This document shows positions 54,038-63,161 of a stretch of 64,000 nt of DNA, one piece after another (position 1 is the stretch's first letter; each line of letters starts with the position of its first letter). Location of the stretch: the IMG/VR virus record IMGVR_UViG_3300027710_001079, positions 128,833 through 192,832 of that record; one strand, given 5' to 3'. A program made the translations under genes and the position numbers. Origin of the DNA: a virus (taxonomy: Duplodnaviria; Heunggongvirae; Uroviricota; Caudoviricetes). Below the pieces are notes generated by a model. It was not told where the DNA came from, made no database searches, and saw only the letters and a program-made list of their open reading frames with translations.

Positions 54038-54330
54038 AACTCTTTGAACCGTCTAATATCTTTATGTTTTACAATTATAAAATTATAAATTTTGTCTTGA
54101 TATTTAAGGGGCAAGTCTAAGTGGATGGTTACTTCCGGACCAGTGATATGATTAATTAGTCGGTCGTTTCCTACAGTACCCACGAAAGGAATCTTATGCC
54201 ATTTACCTATGACACGATCTCCTATGTCATATGTATGTTTGTATCCAATTTTATTAAAGTAATCAGTTTGATTGCCCATCTGATTCTCCAAAAATATACT
54301 CTGCCATTTTACGCTCGGCAGTCTTTTCAT
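54034..54330 (-). CDS. hypothetical protein
   Basis: ORF-track 98 aa. Confidence 0.35.
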   Translation of the reverse strand: MKRLPSVKWQSIFLENQMGNQTDYFNKIGYKHTYDIGDRVIGKWHKIPFVGTVGNDRLINHITGPEVTIHLDLPLKYQDKIYNFIIVKHKDIRRFKEL

Positions 54331-54454
54331 CCTTCATAGCACAGTCAAAACAAATCTGTTCATCATTTGGACCATAAGGGCGGCACTCTGCAATTATGCC
54401 GCACAGTTCACAAGCCTGGTCTGGCTCGGGTGCAATAAATCCACGTCCGCTCAT
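54263..54454 (-). CDS. hypothetical zinc-ribbon protein
   Basis: CELCG...CFDC pair of CxxC motifs. 63 aa. Confidence 0.3.
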   Translation of the reverse strand: MSGRGFIAPEPDQACELCGIIAECRPYGPNDEQICFDCAMKDEKTAERKMAEYIFGESDGQSN

Positions 54455-54723
54455 TTACCACCTGCCTTCTTTAACAAATACATAGTAACCTCCGGACCGT
54501 CAACTTTGACTAAGTCGCTGGGATATTTGTTACTACCAGTATACCACTTACTTGGGCCATGCCCAGCTTCCCAAACTTTAACCATCTTTGGATTAAGTTT
54601 CTTTACCGTACCCAATTCTAAACTATTATGACTAGGATAGCACACAGCATCTCCTACCGCTAACAATTTACCTAATTTATCTCTATGCTCGAGCGGTACT
54701 TTTGTTGTTTTCTCTGCTGCCAT
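54451..54723 (-). CDS. hypothetical protein
   Basis: ORF-track 90 aa. Confidence 0.35.
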   Translation of the reverse strand: MAAEKTTKVPLEHRDKLGKLLAVGDAVCYPSHNSLELGTVKKLNPKMVKVWEAGHGPSKWYTGSNKYPSDLVKVDGPEVTMYLLKKAGGK

Positions 54724-55016
54724 CAGTGTGTTCCATTTTCTTCATCATAAATGTAGTAACGACCTGCTTCATTATTCCAATGACGATTGTCATATAAGTT
54801 AAAGTTGAACGTATATCCTAGCAAGCCTACGTCAATGTTTACACCGGCGTGATCTGTACGTGTAGCAAGTTTAAAACTAAAGGATAAAATGGTACTATCC
54901 TTAAACACTTCAAGTTCGATGTACTTGTTAGGGTGCGGAGTATTGTAAACACGATTCCAAATGTTCGTCCAACGCTTGCTCCAAGGGTTGGTAATATTAA
55001 AGCAGAAATAAATCAT
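54723..55016 (-). CDS. hypothetical protein
   Basis: ORF-track 97 aa. Confidence 0.35.
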   Translation of the reverse strand: MIYFCFNITNPWSKRWTNIWNRVYNTPHPNKYIELEVFKDSTILSFSFKLATRTDHAGVNIDVGLLGYTFNFNLYDNRHWNNEAGRYYIYDEENGTH

Positions 55017-55321
55017 TCGTCGTTTTCCTCTTGCAGTTGGTCTCGGAATAACTCTAATTGTTTGATTAGATTGTCAATGCCGCCTGCATTTAAAGTAATT
55101 TCGCTGTAGCCCATAGCAAAACTAACTCTGTTGTTATTAGTCATTCCCAGCCGGTAATAGGTCATAGCAGGCTTTTCTTCTTTAGGCGGCACTACTTCGG
55201 GTACTGGAAAAGGAATCACTTTTTTCATATCATTGCCAATCTTTTCCATATCAGTAGGAGGCGGAACATCTGCCCAAGTAGGGTATTCACGACGACCAAT
55301 ATTTTTAAACCATTCAAACAT
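55013..55321 (-). CDS. hypothetical protein
   Basis: ORF-track 102 aa. Confidence 0.35.
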   Translation of the reverse strand: MFEWFKNIGRREYPTWADVPPPTDMEKIGNDMKKVIPFPVPEVVPPKEEKPAMTYYRLGMTNNNRVSFAMGYSEITLNAGGIDNLIKQLELFRDQLQEENDE

Positions 55322-55531
55322 TTACTTACTCCTTACACAACGGTAGTTTTCTGTCTTCAATCCAAGCTGACGAGCAGCATCTTCGCACATTTCTTGTGCT
55401 GTCTTTTTACCCATACGACCTTCTTCCATATGAAACTCACCAAGCGGCCGCCAATCATGATATGCCTTCATAGATCCGCCTCGACTGTCGCTGGCTCCTA
55501 CTACAGTCCAAATTAGTAGAATGTAAATCAT
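55322..55531 (-). CDS. hypothetical small protein
   Basis: ORF-track 69 aa. Confidence 0.3.
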   Translation of the reverse strand: MIYILLIWTVVGASDSRGGSMKAYHDWRPLGEFHMEEGRMGKKTAQEMCEDAARQLGLKTENYRCVRSK

Positions 55532-55713
55532 ACTTCCACCTTTTCAATACACTGTTCCACATCCTGTAGGATACGCTTGAGTTCGTCAATGTTGATTTCA
55601 AGGTACTTAATTGCTACTTTATCAATAACACGGCGGGAGTTGAGATTAGACAGCATGTATTCCTTGCCGGCGATTGTGTTACGCAGGTTGTCTGCTACGG
55701 TTTGGATGTTCAT
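55528..55713 (-). CDS. hypothetical small protein
   Basis: ORF-track 61 aa. Confidence 0.3.
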   Translation of the reverse strand: MNIQTVADNLRNTIAGKEYMLSNLNSRRVIDKVAIKYLEINIDELKRILQDVEQCIEKVEV

Positions 55714-55982
55714 TCTTCAACTCCGAAATGTTGTTTAATCATTGTAGCACAACTATCAGCCGTTGCTTTAGTTTTGCGAGCCATTTCACCCGTGTTAGTG
55801 ATTGTAGCCATATTAGCAACAAACTCGCACTTACTGGTACATTCCCGAACAATCAACTCGGCGAACTTTTGATCACATCGTTCCCATTGTTCTCGAGCCT
55901 CATACAGTTCGCCACGATCTCGTTCTTCATTGGATACTAAGGTCCAAGCCTGTTCTCTCAGTTGTCGAATTCGTTCGTTCAT
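55710..55982 (-). CDS. hypothetical protein
   Basis: ORF-track 90 aa. First gene downstream of the promoter at 56015..56043. Confidence 0.35.
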   Translation of the reverse strand: MNERIRQLREQAWTLVSNEERDRGELYEAREQWERCDQKFAELIVRECTSKCEFVANMATITNTGEMARKTKATADSCATMIKQHFGVEE

Positions 55983-56014
55983 ATCAATCTCTCAGTGTGT
56001 GTTGAACATATGTT

Positions 56015-56050
56015 ATTATAGCACAAAAGAAAAGGGCCGTCAAGGCCCTT
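56015..56050 (-). promoter_or_regulatory. terminator-promoter cassette: intrinsic terminator hairpin whose loop carries the -35 (TTGACG-17-TATAAT)
   Basis: Minus strand reads AAGGGCC-TTGAC-GGCCCTT followed by TTCTTTTGTGC, then TATAAT. -35 at 56038..56043, -10 at 56015..56020. Confidence 0.6.
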
Positions 56051-56068
56051 GTTCTTCTTATTGCTTAA

Positions 56069-56872
56069 TCAGCGACCGCTAATGTTACCCAGAGCAGTCA
56101 TGTTGCTTGGAACAACAATGGTCTGTACCTTACCGTTCTTGATACCTTCGGAGATATTCAATTCAGCCTGTGCCCGCATAAACGCAATGCTACTAGTTGA
56201 GTTGTTAGCCAATGCCGCCATACGACGTGATTCAGCTTCAGCAGTCTTGACTTCAATTTCCTTCTGTTTCAACTCATTCTTGGACTTAACCAATTCGTTA
56301 GCACTGGCCACAACTGAGTCTGCCGGAACTACGTTACGAATCAATACCTGACTGATAGTAATCGAACCGTCCAACTTTTCTTCAGTAAGGTTGCGAATAA
56401 CTTCTTCTTTAATGAAGTTTTCCATTTCGCCTCGATTATCAGCCATGTCCAGAGCTTCGTACTTACGTGCGGCCTTGTAGATAGCATTACGAGCGTTCTG
56501 AACAATGTAATTATACATCACGTAGGTATCGCCCTTGAACTCTGCGTGGAAGCTCTTGTTCTTAGTCGAATACAGTTCTGCTACTTGTGCAGGGTTGATG
56601 TTGTAAACAACCACAGCATCAAAGTCCTTCATTGTGCTGTTATCTTTGGCAACGGGTGTCATGTCGTTGAGCGACACGTTAACGTCCTTGATTGGAAACG
56701 TAAGGATAGTACCAATCAAACTTTGGTTGAACGAACCTGGCAACAGCTCACCCGGCTGTACCTGCTTGTCAAAACCAACTCGAACACCAACTTCGCCAGT
56801 CTCAATTCGAGTACATGCACTAGTCAATGCAACTGCGGCGATAACAAAACCCAATTTAATCAAACGATTCAT
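56069..56872 (-). CDS. SPFH/band-7 (prohibitin/flotillin-like) lipoprotein
   Basis: Start set at the internal MNRLIKLGFVIAAVALTSAC (lipobox LTSAC). SPFH-like core follows. Confidence 0.5.
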   Translation of the reverse strand: MNRLIKLGFVIAAVALTSACTRIETGEVGVRVGFDKQVQPGELLPGSFNQSLIGTILTFPIKDVNVSLNDMTPVAKDNSTMKDFDAVVVYNINPAQVAELYSTKNKSFHAEFKGDTYVMYNYIVQNARNAIYKAARKYEALDMADNRGEMENFIKEEVIRNLTEEKLDGSITISQVLIRNVVPADSVVASANELVKSKNELKQKEIEVKTAEAESRRMAALANNSTSSIAFMRAQAELNISEGIKNGKVQTIVVPSNMTALGNISGR

Positions 56873-56968
56873 TTTAAATAACTCCAGTAGAAAAAAGAAA
56901 GAAACAAACACTAAACCCAAGAACAAAATACAGTGGCCGAAGCAACACATCATTGATCATATAAGTCC

Positions 56969-57145
56969 TTAAAAAATAATTACAATTCCAAACATTAGCA
57001 ACATTGCTATTGTTGCACTAATTATAGCATACATTCCTGTCTTAGTCAAGAACAATGCCTGGGCACCTGTCATCTTTTGGACTCCGCGAATGCCAAAATA
57101 AATCAGCACCGCGAGAACCAAAAAGAGTAAAATTACTCCAATCAT
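56969..57145 (-). CDS. small two-TM membrane protein (NfeD/YqiJ-like partner of the SPFH protein?)
   Basis: Hand translation MIGVILLFLVLAVLIYFGIRGVQKMTGAQALFLTKTGMYAIISATIAMLLMFGIVIIF (58 aa). Confidence 0.3.
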   Translation of the reverse strand: MIGVILLFLVLAVLIYFGIRGVQKMTGAQALFLTKTGMYAIISATIAMLLMFGIVIIF

Positions 57146-57148
57146 TTA

Positions 57149-58225
57149 TCAACTCCGAGTCGGGAAGGGCCACTGTACAGATTGTGCAGTGAAGGTAGTT
57201 CCTGGAGGAGGACTTACCTTACCATCTGCGTTGCGAGTCCAACCTGCCGGAGTAGCAGGTGCCTTGGCCTGATAACGCCAGCGTTCTGGAGCACCGTCAT
57301 CGCGATCCTCACAGCCCAAATTGTAGCCGTTGTCGTAGTTGTCGTAGTCCTTACCAACATAAGTGTTGTGATAGTCCAAGTTCATAAAACCATTGCTATA
57401 ACCCTTCTTAAAGGCACTGTCGCCAATACGCACTTCCGGAGTAGCCTGCGGTGCTTGAGTAGTACCGTTGGCATTGCTTTGGACACTACGATCAAAAGCC
57501 TTGTCTGGGTCAACGTTCAGTTCGCCGATAACTTCATAGCGGCAAGCACGACCTTTGGCATCGTTGTAGTCACTTGGAATGCTAACAACATCGCGTGGGT
57601 TGATCTTAACGATCACAGTACGCTCGCCACCAAAGTGACTCAGGTAACTCATACCGCAGAAGTGCAGGCCAGTAGAGCAGGTTTGATCCTTGTTGTCGTC
57701 AACTTGGTTACGTTCCATCTCCACAACACAGCCAGGTGCGTTCAGCATGGTATTGCTGTGTACGTCCATAAATGTGTCACGCACTTTCTTGTAGGCAAGG
57801 AAGTGACCGTCTGGAGTGATTGGCAACTGATTCTTTTCCAAGAAGCCATACAGTTCAGTTACGGCTCGTTTGCTAGGGTTAGCATACAAGTTTTCCATAA
57901 AGTTAACCATTGGCTCAATTGGAAAGCCTTCCTGCAACATTTCGATCATGCGTCGAGCAAGACCAGTGTTGAGCACTTCGCCCTTCCAGTACAGAGTCTC
58001 ACCTTGGATGCTGACATTGCCGGCACCGTAGTTCAACACAACCTTTTTGGGTTCGATGATGTCTTTAACAGTATCCCAATCTCCAGCCTTAATGGCATCG
58101 AGCACCTTTTGATAGGTAATATGGGTTTTGGAAACAGTGTGTGACTTATTTCCGATTACAACAACAATGTTTGATCCTTGGATCAAGAATGGATAACTCA
58201 TTTTAAATGCCTTTCTTTGCGTCAA
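57149..58225 (-). CDS. hypothetical protein
   Basis: ORF-track 358 aa. GC-rich Pro/Gly C-terminus. Confidence 0.4.
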   Translation of the reverse strand: MTQRKAFKMSYPFLIQGSNIVVVIGNKSHTVSKTHITYQKVLDAIKAGDWDTVKDIIEPKKVVLNYGAGNVSIQGETLYWKGEVLNTGLARRMIEMLQEGFPIEPMVNFMENLYANPSKRAVTELYGFLEKNQLPITPDGHFLAYKKVRDTFMDVHSNTMLNAPGCVVEMERNQVDDNKDQTCSTGLHFCGMSYLSHFGGERTVIVKINPRDVVSIPSDYNDAKGRACRYEVIGELNVDPDKAFDRSVQSNANGTTQAPQATPEVRIGDSAFKKGYSNGFMNLDYHNTYVGKDYDNYDNGYNLGCEDRDDGAPERWRYQAKAPATPAGWTRNADGKVSPPPGTTFTAQSVQWPFPTRS

Positions 58226-60377
58226 TCAAATTAACATATTCAGCAATATCGCTTGCTTCAACGCGGTAGGTGCTCAACTTACTCAACAACGGATACCTAC
58301 GGTTCACTTCGTCAACTTCTTTCTGATACTTGATCACAAGTGCTTCTGGGCTAAGGTTAGCAGTAGGAGCAAACTTGCGGAACAGTCTATCTATATTATA
58401 GCGGTTTCCTTGAAACTTGTCAACCTTTTCAAACACTGTGACCAGTTTTGCGTAAGGACTATTTGCATCAATTTCGCCAACAATGCTACGGTTATTGTAA
58501 CTAAACAGGTCTGAACGTTCCAAACCACTCTTAACCAAACTCATCAACAGTTTGGAATTGTCCTTGGCGTTCAACTTGTCCACAACATAGTCTTCGAAGT
58601 TCTTCCAGTTTGGCTTCTTCTTGATATCTTCAATGTCGCTCTTACGAACACCGTAGATCTCACCGTTGAACAAACCACTCAGGCTCTTAACATCGTCATG
58701 CAATTCCTTGCCACTAGTATAACCTTTGGCACTCAGCATAGTGAAGCCGCTCAATGGCACATAGTAGTAGGTTTCTGTGTCAACAAACTTGCTAGTATCA
58801 CCAGCGGCACGCCAAACCATATCTTGCTCATCACGACGATAGCCACCACCACCTCGACGTTCCAACTTGAGAATTGACACATTCTTGCCCATGTTCTCAC
58901 GTTCACGTTGCTTCAATGTACTTGCGGCAAAGCGTCGAGCAGTAGGCGGTTCTTGGATAGCGGCAAAGAATGCTGTCAAATCCATATCCTTACTCTTGTC
59001 TGCCTTTTCCAAAATCCAGATAGCACGGCTGTAGACATCGCAACCGACTTCCTTGTAGTGGTAACGAGCACGTTCGGCAGCACCTGTCTTCAAGTCGTTG
59101 ATGATAAAGTGGCAAGTGTCGTCTACAGGAATCTGCCATTCTTGCCAAGTGATGTAATGACCATTGGCATCTTTAGCATTGTTAGCGGCATACTCAGTAA
59201 CACTCTTGCCTGTGCTGATAACCTTAGCATGACGGCTTTGCGACAACAAGCGGATCTGAATGTTCCAGTCCTTGGCAAGTTCTTCAACTTTGAAATTGAA
59301 CTTCTTCAATCGGTTCCATTGCTTGTCATCGTAAGTAGACAGTTGGGTGTCCTGTACATACTTGCTCACAGCCGCAGTCCACAAGCGGTGTTCTTTCTTC
59401 TTGTACAAGAACACAGCACGGTCCCACAGGTTATCAATAGCATCTGCTTCTTTAGCCAAGACCACAGTCAATGCGGCATTGAGTTGTTCCAACTTAGATT
59501 TGATAGCGGCAATAGTTGAAGGGATGTAACTCAAACCTTCACGGCTTGCTTGGAAGTCCAATTCGCCAATACCGAAGTGGATTTCCAACCCACAGCCCAA
59601 CAATGCCCGCACATCAGCAGGGATAGTTTGATCAGCGGCAGGGATATCGATTGGGTAAGCAATATTACCCATAACGGCTGTACTACCACGGCCACCTTTG
59701 ACAGCATGAACACCTGCGATGATATCGCGGCTTTCGTAGTCAATCAAGTCAAAGCGGAAGTCGTTGTTACCACTGACCACAGGCTTCAAACTGAAGTGTG
59801 TATAGACTTGACGTGCTTCTTGACGGAACTTGTCAAAGTCATAACGATCGTTGACTGAAAATTTAACTTCAACACCTGCTGGCTCGTCAGTAACTTCCAT
59901 CATCATCAGTGCAATGCTGGGCACACCTTCGCCGTTGATGAACGCAGAGTAGATACCTTTCTGGCCATCCTTGATAGCGGTTACTGTGAAGTTATCCGTG
60001 TAACTAAATGGTGACTTTGAGCCAAGACCAAGAGCACCAATAAAAGCATTAGAACCAGTTTTAGTAGATTCGAAGTACGTTGTATAAATGCTAGTAACTT
60101 GTTCATGTGTCAATCCTGTACCGTAGTCGCGAATAGCAAAGTGCGGCTCCAAAGCATTTGGAAGATGCACATCAAAAGGAGTGTCTGCTTTACCTGCGGC
60201 CACGTGTGAGTCAACTGCGTTGCAACTCAATTCACGGATGATAGCACGGACCTTGTTGGCGTACAAGCCACTGGACAAGATGCTGAACGCTTTGGCAGAG
60301 TTGCGAATACGGAATTCTCCAATTTCTGCTACGTTAGAAACAATGGCTTCGTGTTGTGGAGCATTGTTGAGAATCAT
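58203..60377 (-). CDS. GHKL-family ATPase, Hsp90 (HtpG)-like N-terminal domain
   Basis: KVRAIIRELSCNAVDSHVAAGK resembles the HtpG motif EIFLRELISNASDAADK (N box). IRDYGTGLT is the G1 box and IGALGLGSKS the G2 box. 724 aa. Confidence 0.5.
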   Translation of the reverse strand: MILNNAPQHEAIVSNVAEIGEFRIRNSAKAFSILSSGLYANKVRAIIRELSCNAVDSHVAAGKADTPFDVHLPNALEPHFAIRDYGTGLTHEQVTSIYTTYFESTKTGSNAFIGALGLGSKSPFSYTDNFTVTAIKDGQKGIYSAFINGEGVPSIALMMMEVTDEPAGVEVKFSVNDRYDFDKFRQEARQVYTHFSLKPVVSGNNDFRFDLIDYESRDIIAGVHAVKGGRGSTAVMGNIAYPIDIPAADQTIPADVRALLGCGLEIHFGIGELDFQASREGLSYIPSTIAAIKSKLEQLNAALTVVLAKEADAIDNLWDRAVFLYKKKEHRLWTAAVSKYVQDTQLSTYDDKQWNRLKKFNFKVEELAKDWNIQIRLLSQSRHAKVISTGKSVTEYAANNAKDANGHYITWQEWQIPVDDTCHFIINDLKTGAAERARYHYKEVGCDVYSRAIWILEKADKSKDMDLTAFFAAIQEPPTARRFAASTLKQRERENMGKNVSILKLERRGGGGYRRDEQDMVWRAAGDTSKFVDTETYYYVPLSGFTMLSAKGYTSGKELHDDVKSLSGLFNGEIYGVRKSDIEDIKKKPNWKNFEDYVVDKLNAKDNSKLLMSLVKSGLERSDLFSYNNRSIVGEIDANSPYAKLVTVFEKVDKFQGNRYNIDRLFRKFAPTANLSPEALVIKYQKEVDEVNRRYPLLSKLSTYRVEASDIAEYVNLIDAKKGI

Positions 60378-60411
60378 TTGAAACCTTTCAGTAGTGTGTC
60401 TGTATGTATAT

Positions 60412-60440
60412 ATTATACAGCGGTTTTACCTGTTTGTCAA
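60412..60440 (-). promoter_or_regulatory. consensus sigma70 promoter (TTGACA-17-TATAAT)
   Basis: Minus strand reads TTGACAaacaggtaaaaccgctgTATAAT. Directly upstream of the GHKL ATPase start. Confidence 0.6.
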
Positions 60441-60443
60441 CCA

Positions 60444-60815
60444 CTAATCCAATTTAGTTATGTTTAATTTTTTAATTTGGATAACTTCGTTGATATATTT
60501 TTCCAATTCCGAAGCACGAGTATCCTTAATCCATTCACTAAGTGCTCGGATTTCAGCACATCGTTTAACTTTAAAATATTTGAGCACTTGCCGTTCAAGC
60601 CAGCGAATTTCCTTTTCGTCCCCTATCCAAGTTGCTTCAAATTGAAAAGCATAGTCCGGACCCACTGCCTGCTGATAGTCAGCATTACGAGAATCTAAAC
60701 TTTTTGCAATTCCAACTTTTGAGCTACACTTTCCAGTGTATTGTTGAATAGGCAACAAGGTTTCAAAAATGTAAAGATTATAGGACACGGTTAGTTGCCT
60801 TTGAAAAGTCCACAC
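60444..60815 (-). CDS. hypothetical protein
   Basis: ORF-track 123 aa. Confidence 0.35.
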   Translation of the reverse strand: MWTFQRQLTVSYNLYIFETLLPIQQYTGKCSSKVGIAKSLDSRNADYQQAVGPDYAFQFEATWIGDEKEIRWLERQVLKYFKVKRCAEIRALSEWIKDTRASELEKYINEVIQIKKLNITKLD

Positions 60816-61899
60816 CTGAAGGAATAAGGATACCGGATTTGGGATTCTTTTTATTCCACATATACGCTAGTCCCAACATGACCTGATTGTTGTGGTCAAG
60901 TGTAACTGTGCTCATGTTGGCAACAGGATCATATGTAACTTCTGAAAAAGCTTCTTTAATAAAGTCGTCTGCCATTTCGATAATTTTAAATTTATCTTTC
61001 AACATTTCTGCTAATTTGTCTTGATTGGCAACAGACCATTTATTTTTACGAGCATGTTCACGATGCATAAGCAAACCAAATGCGGCACTCAAGCAAGGGT
61101 CAACTGTTTCGTCTTTCCAATTACGTTTCCACCAACGCATTGCAGTTTCCAATGCGGCACCAGTCTTGTCCAAATTCCACAAAAAGTGGATATCATTTAA
61201 GTTATGAATAGACATTTCGGAAGTGGCATTTTGTTTAACTTTAAAGCCTAATGGGGCAACTACATTATGAATATCAACTTCTGGAGATTGTTGTTGCACT
61301 ACTGCAATTCGATAAATGTCAAACTTGCTAGGCTTCTTGACGTTCTTAGAGTTAAGACTCAGGAAGATTTCTCCAGCAATTTCCATTGCCAATTGCAGAG
61401 TATCTTCAAAGTTACCTTGGTCTGGGACATCTGCAATTTCAAAAGGAATATCAGTTTCACCACGGATAATTCGAGCCACACTAGTATGGCCGCTGTCTGC
61501 CGGCAGTACAATGGATCCATACTTTGCAGGCATCCGAACTCCCTTTCCACTGCGGGCACATGGCTCAAACCAATTTATAACAATGTTTGAAACGTTATTA
61601 GCATAGGTGTTACGTTGGAACATCCAATGGGTGAAAATTGAAGTAACAGGAACTAGTTCGCCCGAAAAGCATTTAATAGCATAGTTATTGTACTTGCCGC
61701 CAATTGGGTTTGAAATTTTGTGCTGAACTAGAATCTTAACACCTTCTGCAATATCCACTAGAGGCACTAGCTCATTTGGATAGTTTGCACCCATTTCTTC
61801 AATGTCGACTGTCTCACCAATAGTAAATTGATGTTTAAACTTTGCTTTGAATGCACTCATTTGTTGTTGCATTAAGAATTGTTTATTGATCTTTGCCAT
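60778..61899 (-). CDS. hypothetical protein
   Basis: ORF-track 373 aa. Confidence 0.4.
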   Translation of the reverse strand: MAKINKQFLMQQQMSAFKAKFKHQFTIGETVDIEEMGANYPNELVPLVDIAEGVKILVQHKISNPIGGKYNNYAIKCFSGELVPVTSIFTHWMFQRNTYANNVSNIVINWFEPCARSGKGVRMPAKYGSIVLPADSGHTSVARIIRGETDIPFEIADVPDQGNFEDTLQLAMEIAGEIFLSLNSKNVKKPSKFDIYRIAVVQQQSPEVDIHNVVAPLGFKVKQNATSEMSIHNLNDIHFLWNLDKTGAALETAMRWWKRNWKDETVDPCLSAAFGLLMHREHARKNKWSVANQDKLAEMLKDKFKIIEMADDFIKEAFSEVTYDPVANMSTVTLDHNNQVMLGLAYMWNKKNPKSGILIPSGVDFSKATNRVL

Positions 61900-61927
61900 A
61901 CGGGCCTCTGTGTGTTAATATATGTAT

Positions 61928-61968
61928 ATTATACAAGAAAAAACCAGTCCTGTCAAGAACTGGTTTTT
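61928..61968 (-). promoter_or_regulatory. terminator-promoter cassette (hairpin AACCAGTTCTTGACAGGACTGGTT + T-run, then TATAAT)
   Basis: -35 TTGACA at 61951..61956 sits inside the terminator hairpin at 61940..61968. -10 at 61928..61933, spacer 17. Confidence 0.6.
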
Positions 61969-61991
61969 ATTAAGTTAATCCAAATTATGGA

Positions 61992-63083
61992 TTAAAAAGC
62001 GTCCATGTAGTTGTAGCTACGATCTTTAACCTTGCTCAAAACCAATTGTACGCCTTCCGAATTGGCAAAAACAAACTTGCCAGATTGGCTGTCAATTTTC
62101 TTGATATGGCTAGGATCAAACTTAATGTTGTTCCAGTTCCAATCAAAGTCGCCGTCTTCGTCCTTTTCGTCTTCGTACTCTTTAACATGGACGCTGACTT
62201 GTCCTTGAAGAGGGTTACCGCTCCATTCAATTCGTTCCATGTCAGTTTCCTTGACTTCTTCGCCGTCCTTGATAACTTTCATAGTGAACTTATTGCCCGA
62301 GTCAAACTCTGGCTTGACGTTCAGCATACGCAGAGCATCTTGAGGTTCTTCGTTGTAGCGATTCATTTCTTCAACAACTGCTTTCAACATGTCAAAGTTA
62401 AATTGTGCAAACAAGCTGGCAATTTGGCACAGCTTTTCAGCGTGATGCTGAAGATCTGCTTTCAAGTTGTCGGCACAATACTCCATAATGAAGCCAGCAT
62501 CCAAACCTTTGTAGTCCAACATGTAGTACAATCGTCCAGGACGATTACGCATGTGTTGGTCGATACGCCACTTGTCGTTACAAGTCAACACAAACAATTT
62601 CTTAGATGGAAACACACCATCTAGCAAAGTCAATGCCTTTTCTTGGTCATCGCTATCGTAGACCTTTTCAAATTCATCAAACAATACCATACAAGGCTGT
62701 TCAATCATCTGCATGAACGCATTGAACTTGTCACCGACCCATGGGGCATTAATAACAATGCATGGAATCTCCATACGCTTTGCGGCTTCAATGGCCAAGT
62801 TCTTAGCCAACAGTGATTTACCGGAACCCTTTTCACCTGCCAGCATAACACCAGTAGAGGCTGTACGATCCATGAACGTATTCAAGATACGATCAGTGTT
62901 CTTGTCCAAGTCACCGTAACGCTTGCCTTTGATCTCGAAAGATTCAATGTGCTCCAGGTATAGAGGACCATCCATGGGCATCTCTTTAACCACGTAGTTA
63001 CCTGCTGGCAATGTATCGTGAAGGTCCATAGCTTCTTTTGTAGAAACTCGGAATGTATTACCAGATTTTAGAAAATATGACAT
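61992..63083 (-). CDS. AAA+ / P-loop ATPase
   Basis: VMLAGEKGSGKSLLAKN Walker A. MVLFDEFEK Walker B. Confidence 0.55.
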   Translation of the reverse strand: MSYFLKSGNTFRVSTKEAMDLHDTLPAGNYVVKEMPMDGPLYLEHIESFEIKGKRYGDLDKNTDRILNTFMDRTASTGVMLAGEKGSGKSLLAKNLAIEAAKRMEIPCIVINAPWVGDKFNAFMQMIEQPCMVLFDEFEKVYDSDDQEKALTLLDGVFPSKKLFVLTCNDKWRIDQHMRNRPGRLYYMLDYKGLDAGFIMEYCADNLKADLQHHAEKLCQIASLFAQFNFDMLKAVVEEMNRYNEEPQDALRMLNVKPEFDSGNKFTMKVIKDGEEVKETDMERIEWSGNPLQGQVSVHVKEYEDEKDEDGDFDWNWNNIKFDPSHIKKIDSQSGKFVFANSEGVQLVLSKVKDRSYNYMDAF

Positions 63084-63117
63084 TGTACTTCTTTCAATGT
63101 GTTGTTGCTATGCGTAA

Positions 63118-63156
63118 ATTATACAGTAAAAACAAGGGGTTGTAAAGCCCCTTGTT
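63118..63156 (-). promoter_or_regulatory. terminator-promoter cassette (hairpin CAAGGGGCTTTACAACCCCTTG + T-run; TTTACA-17-TATAAT)
   Basis: -35 TTTACA at 63141..63146 sits in the hairpin loop. -10 at 63118..63123. Confidence 0.55.
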
Positions 63157-63161
63157 ACATC

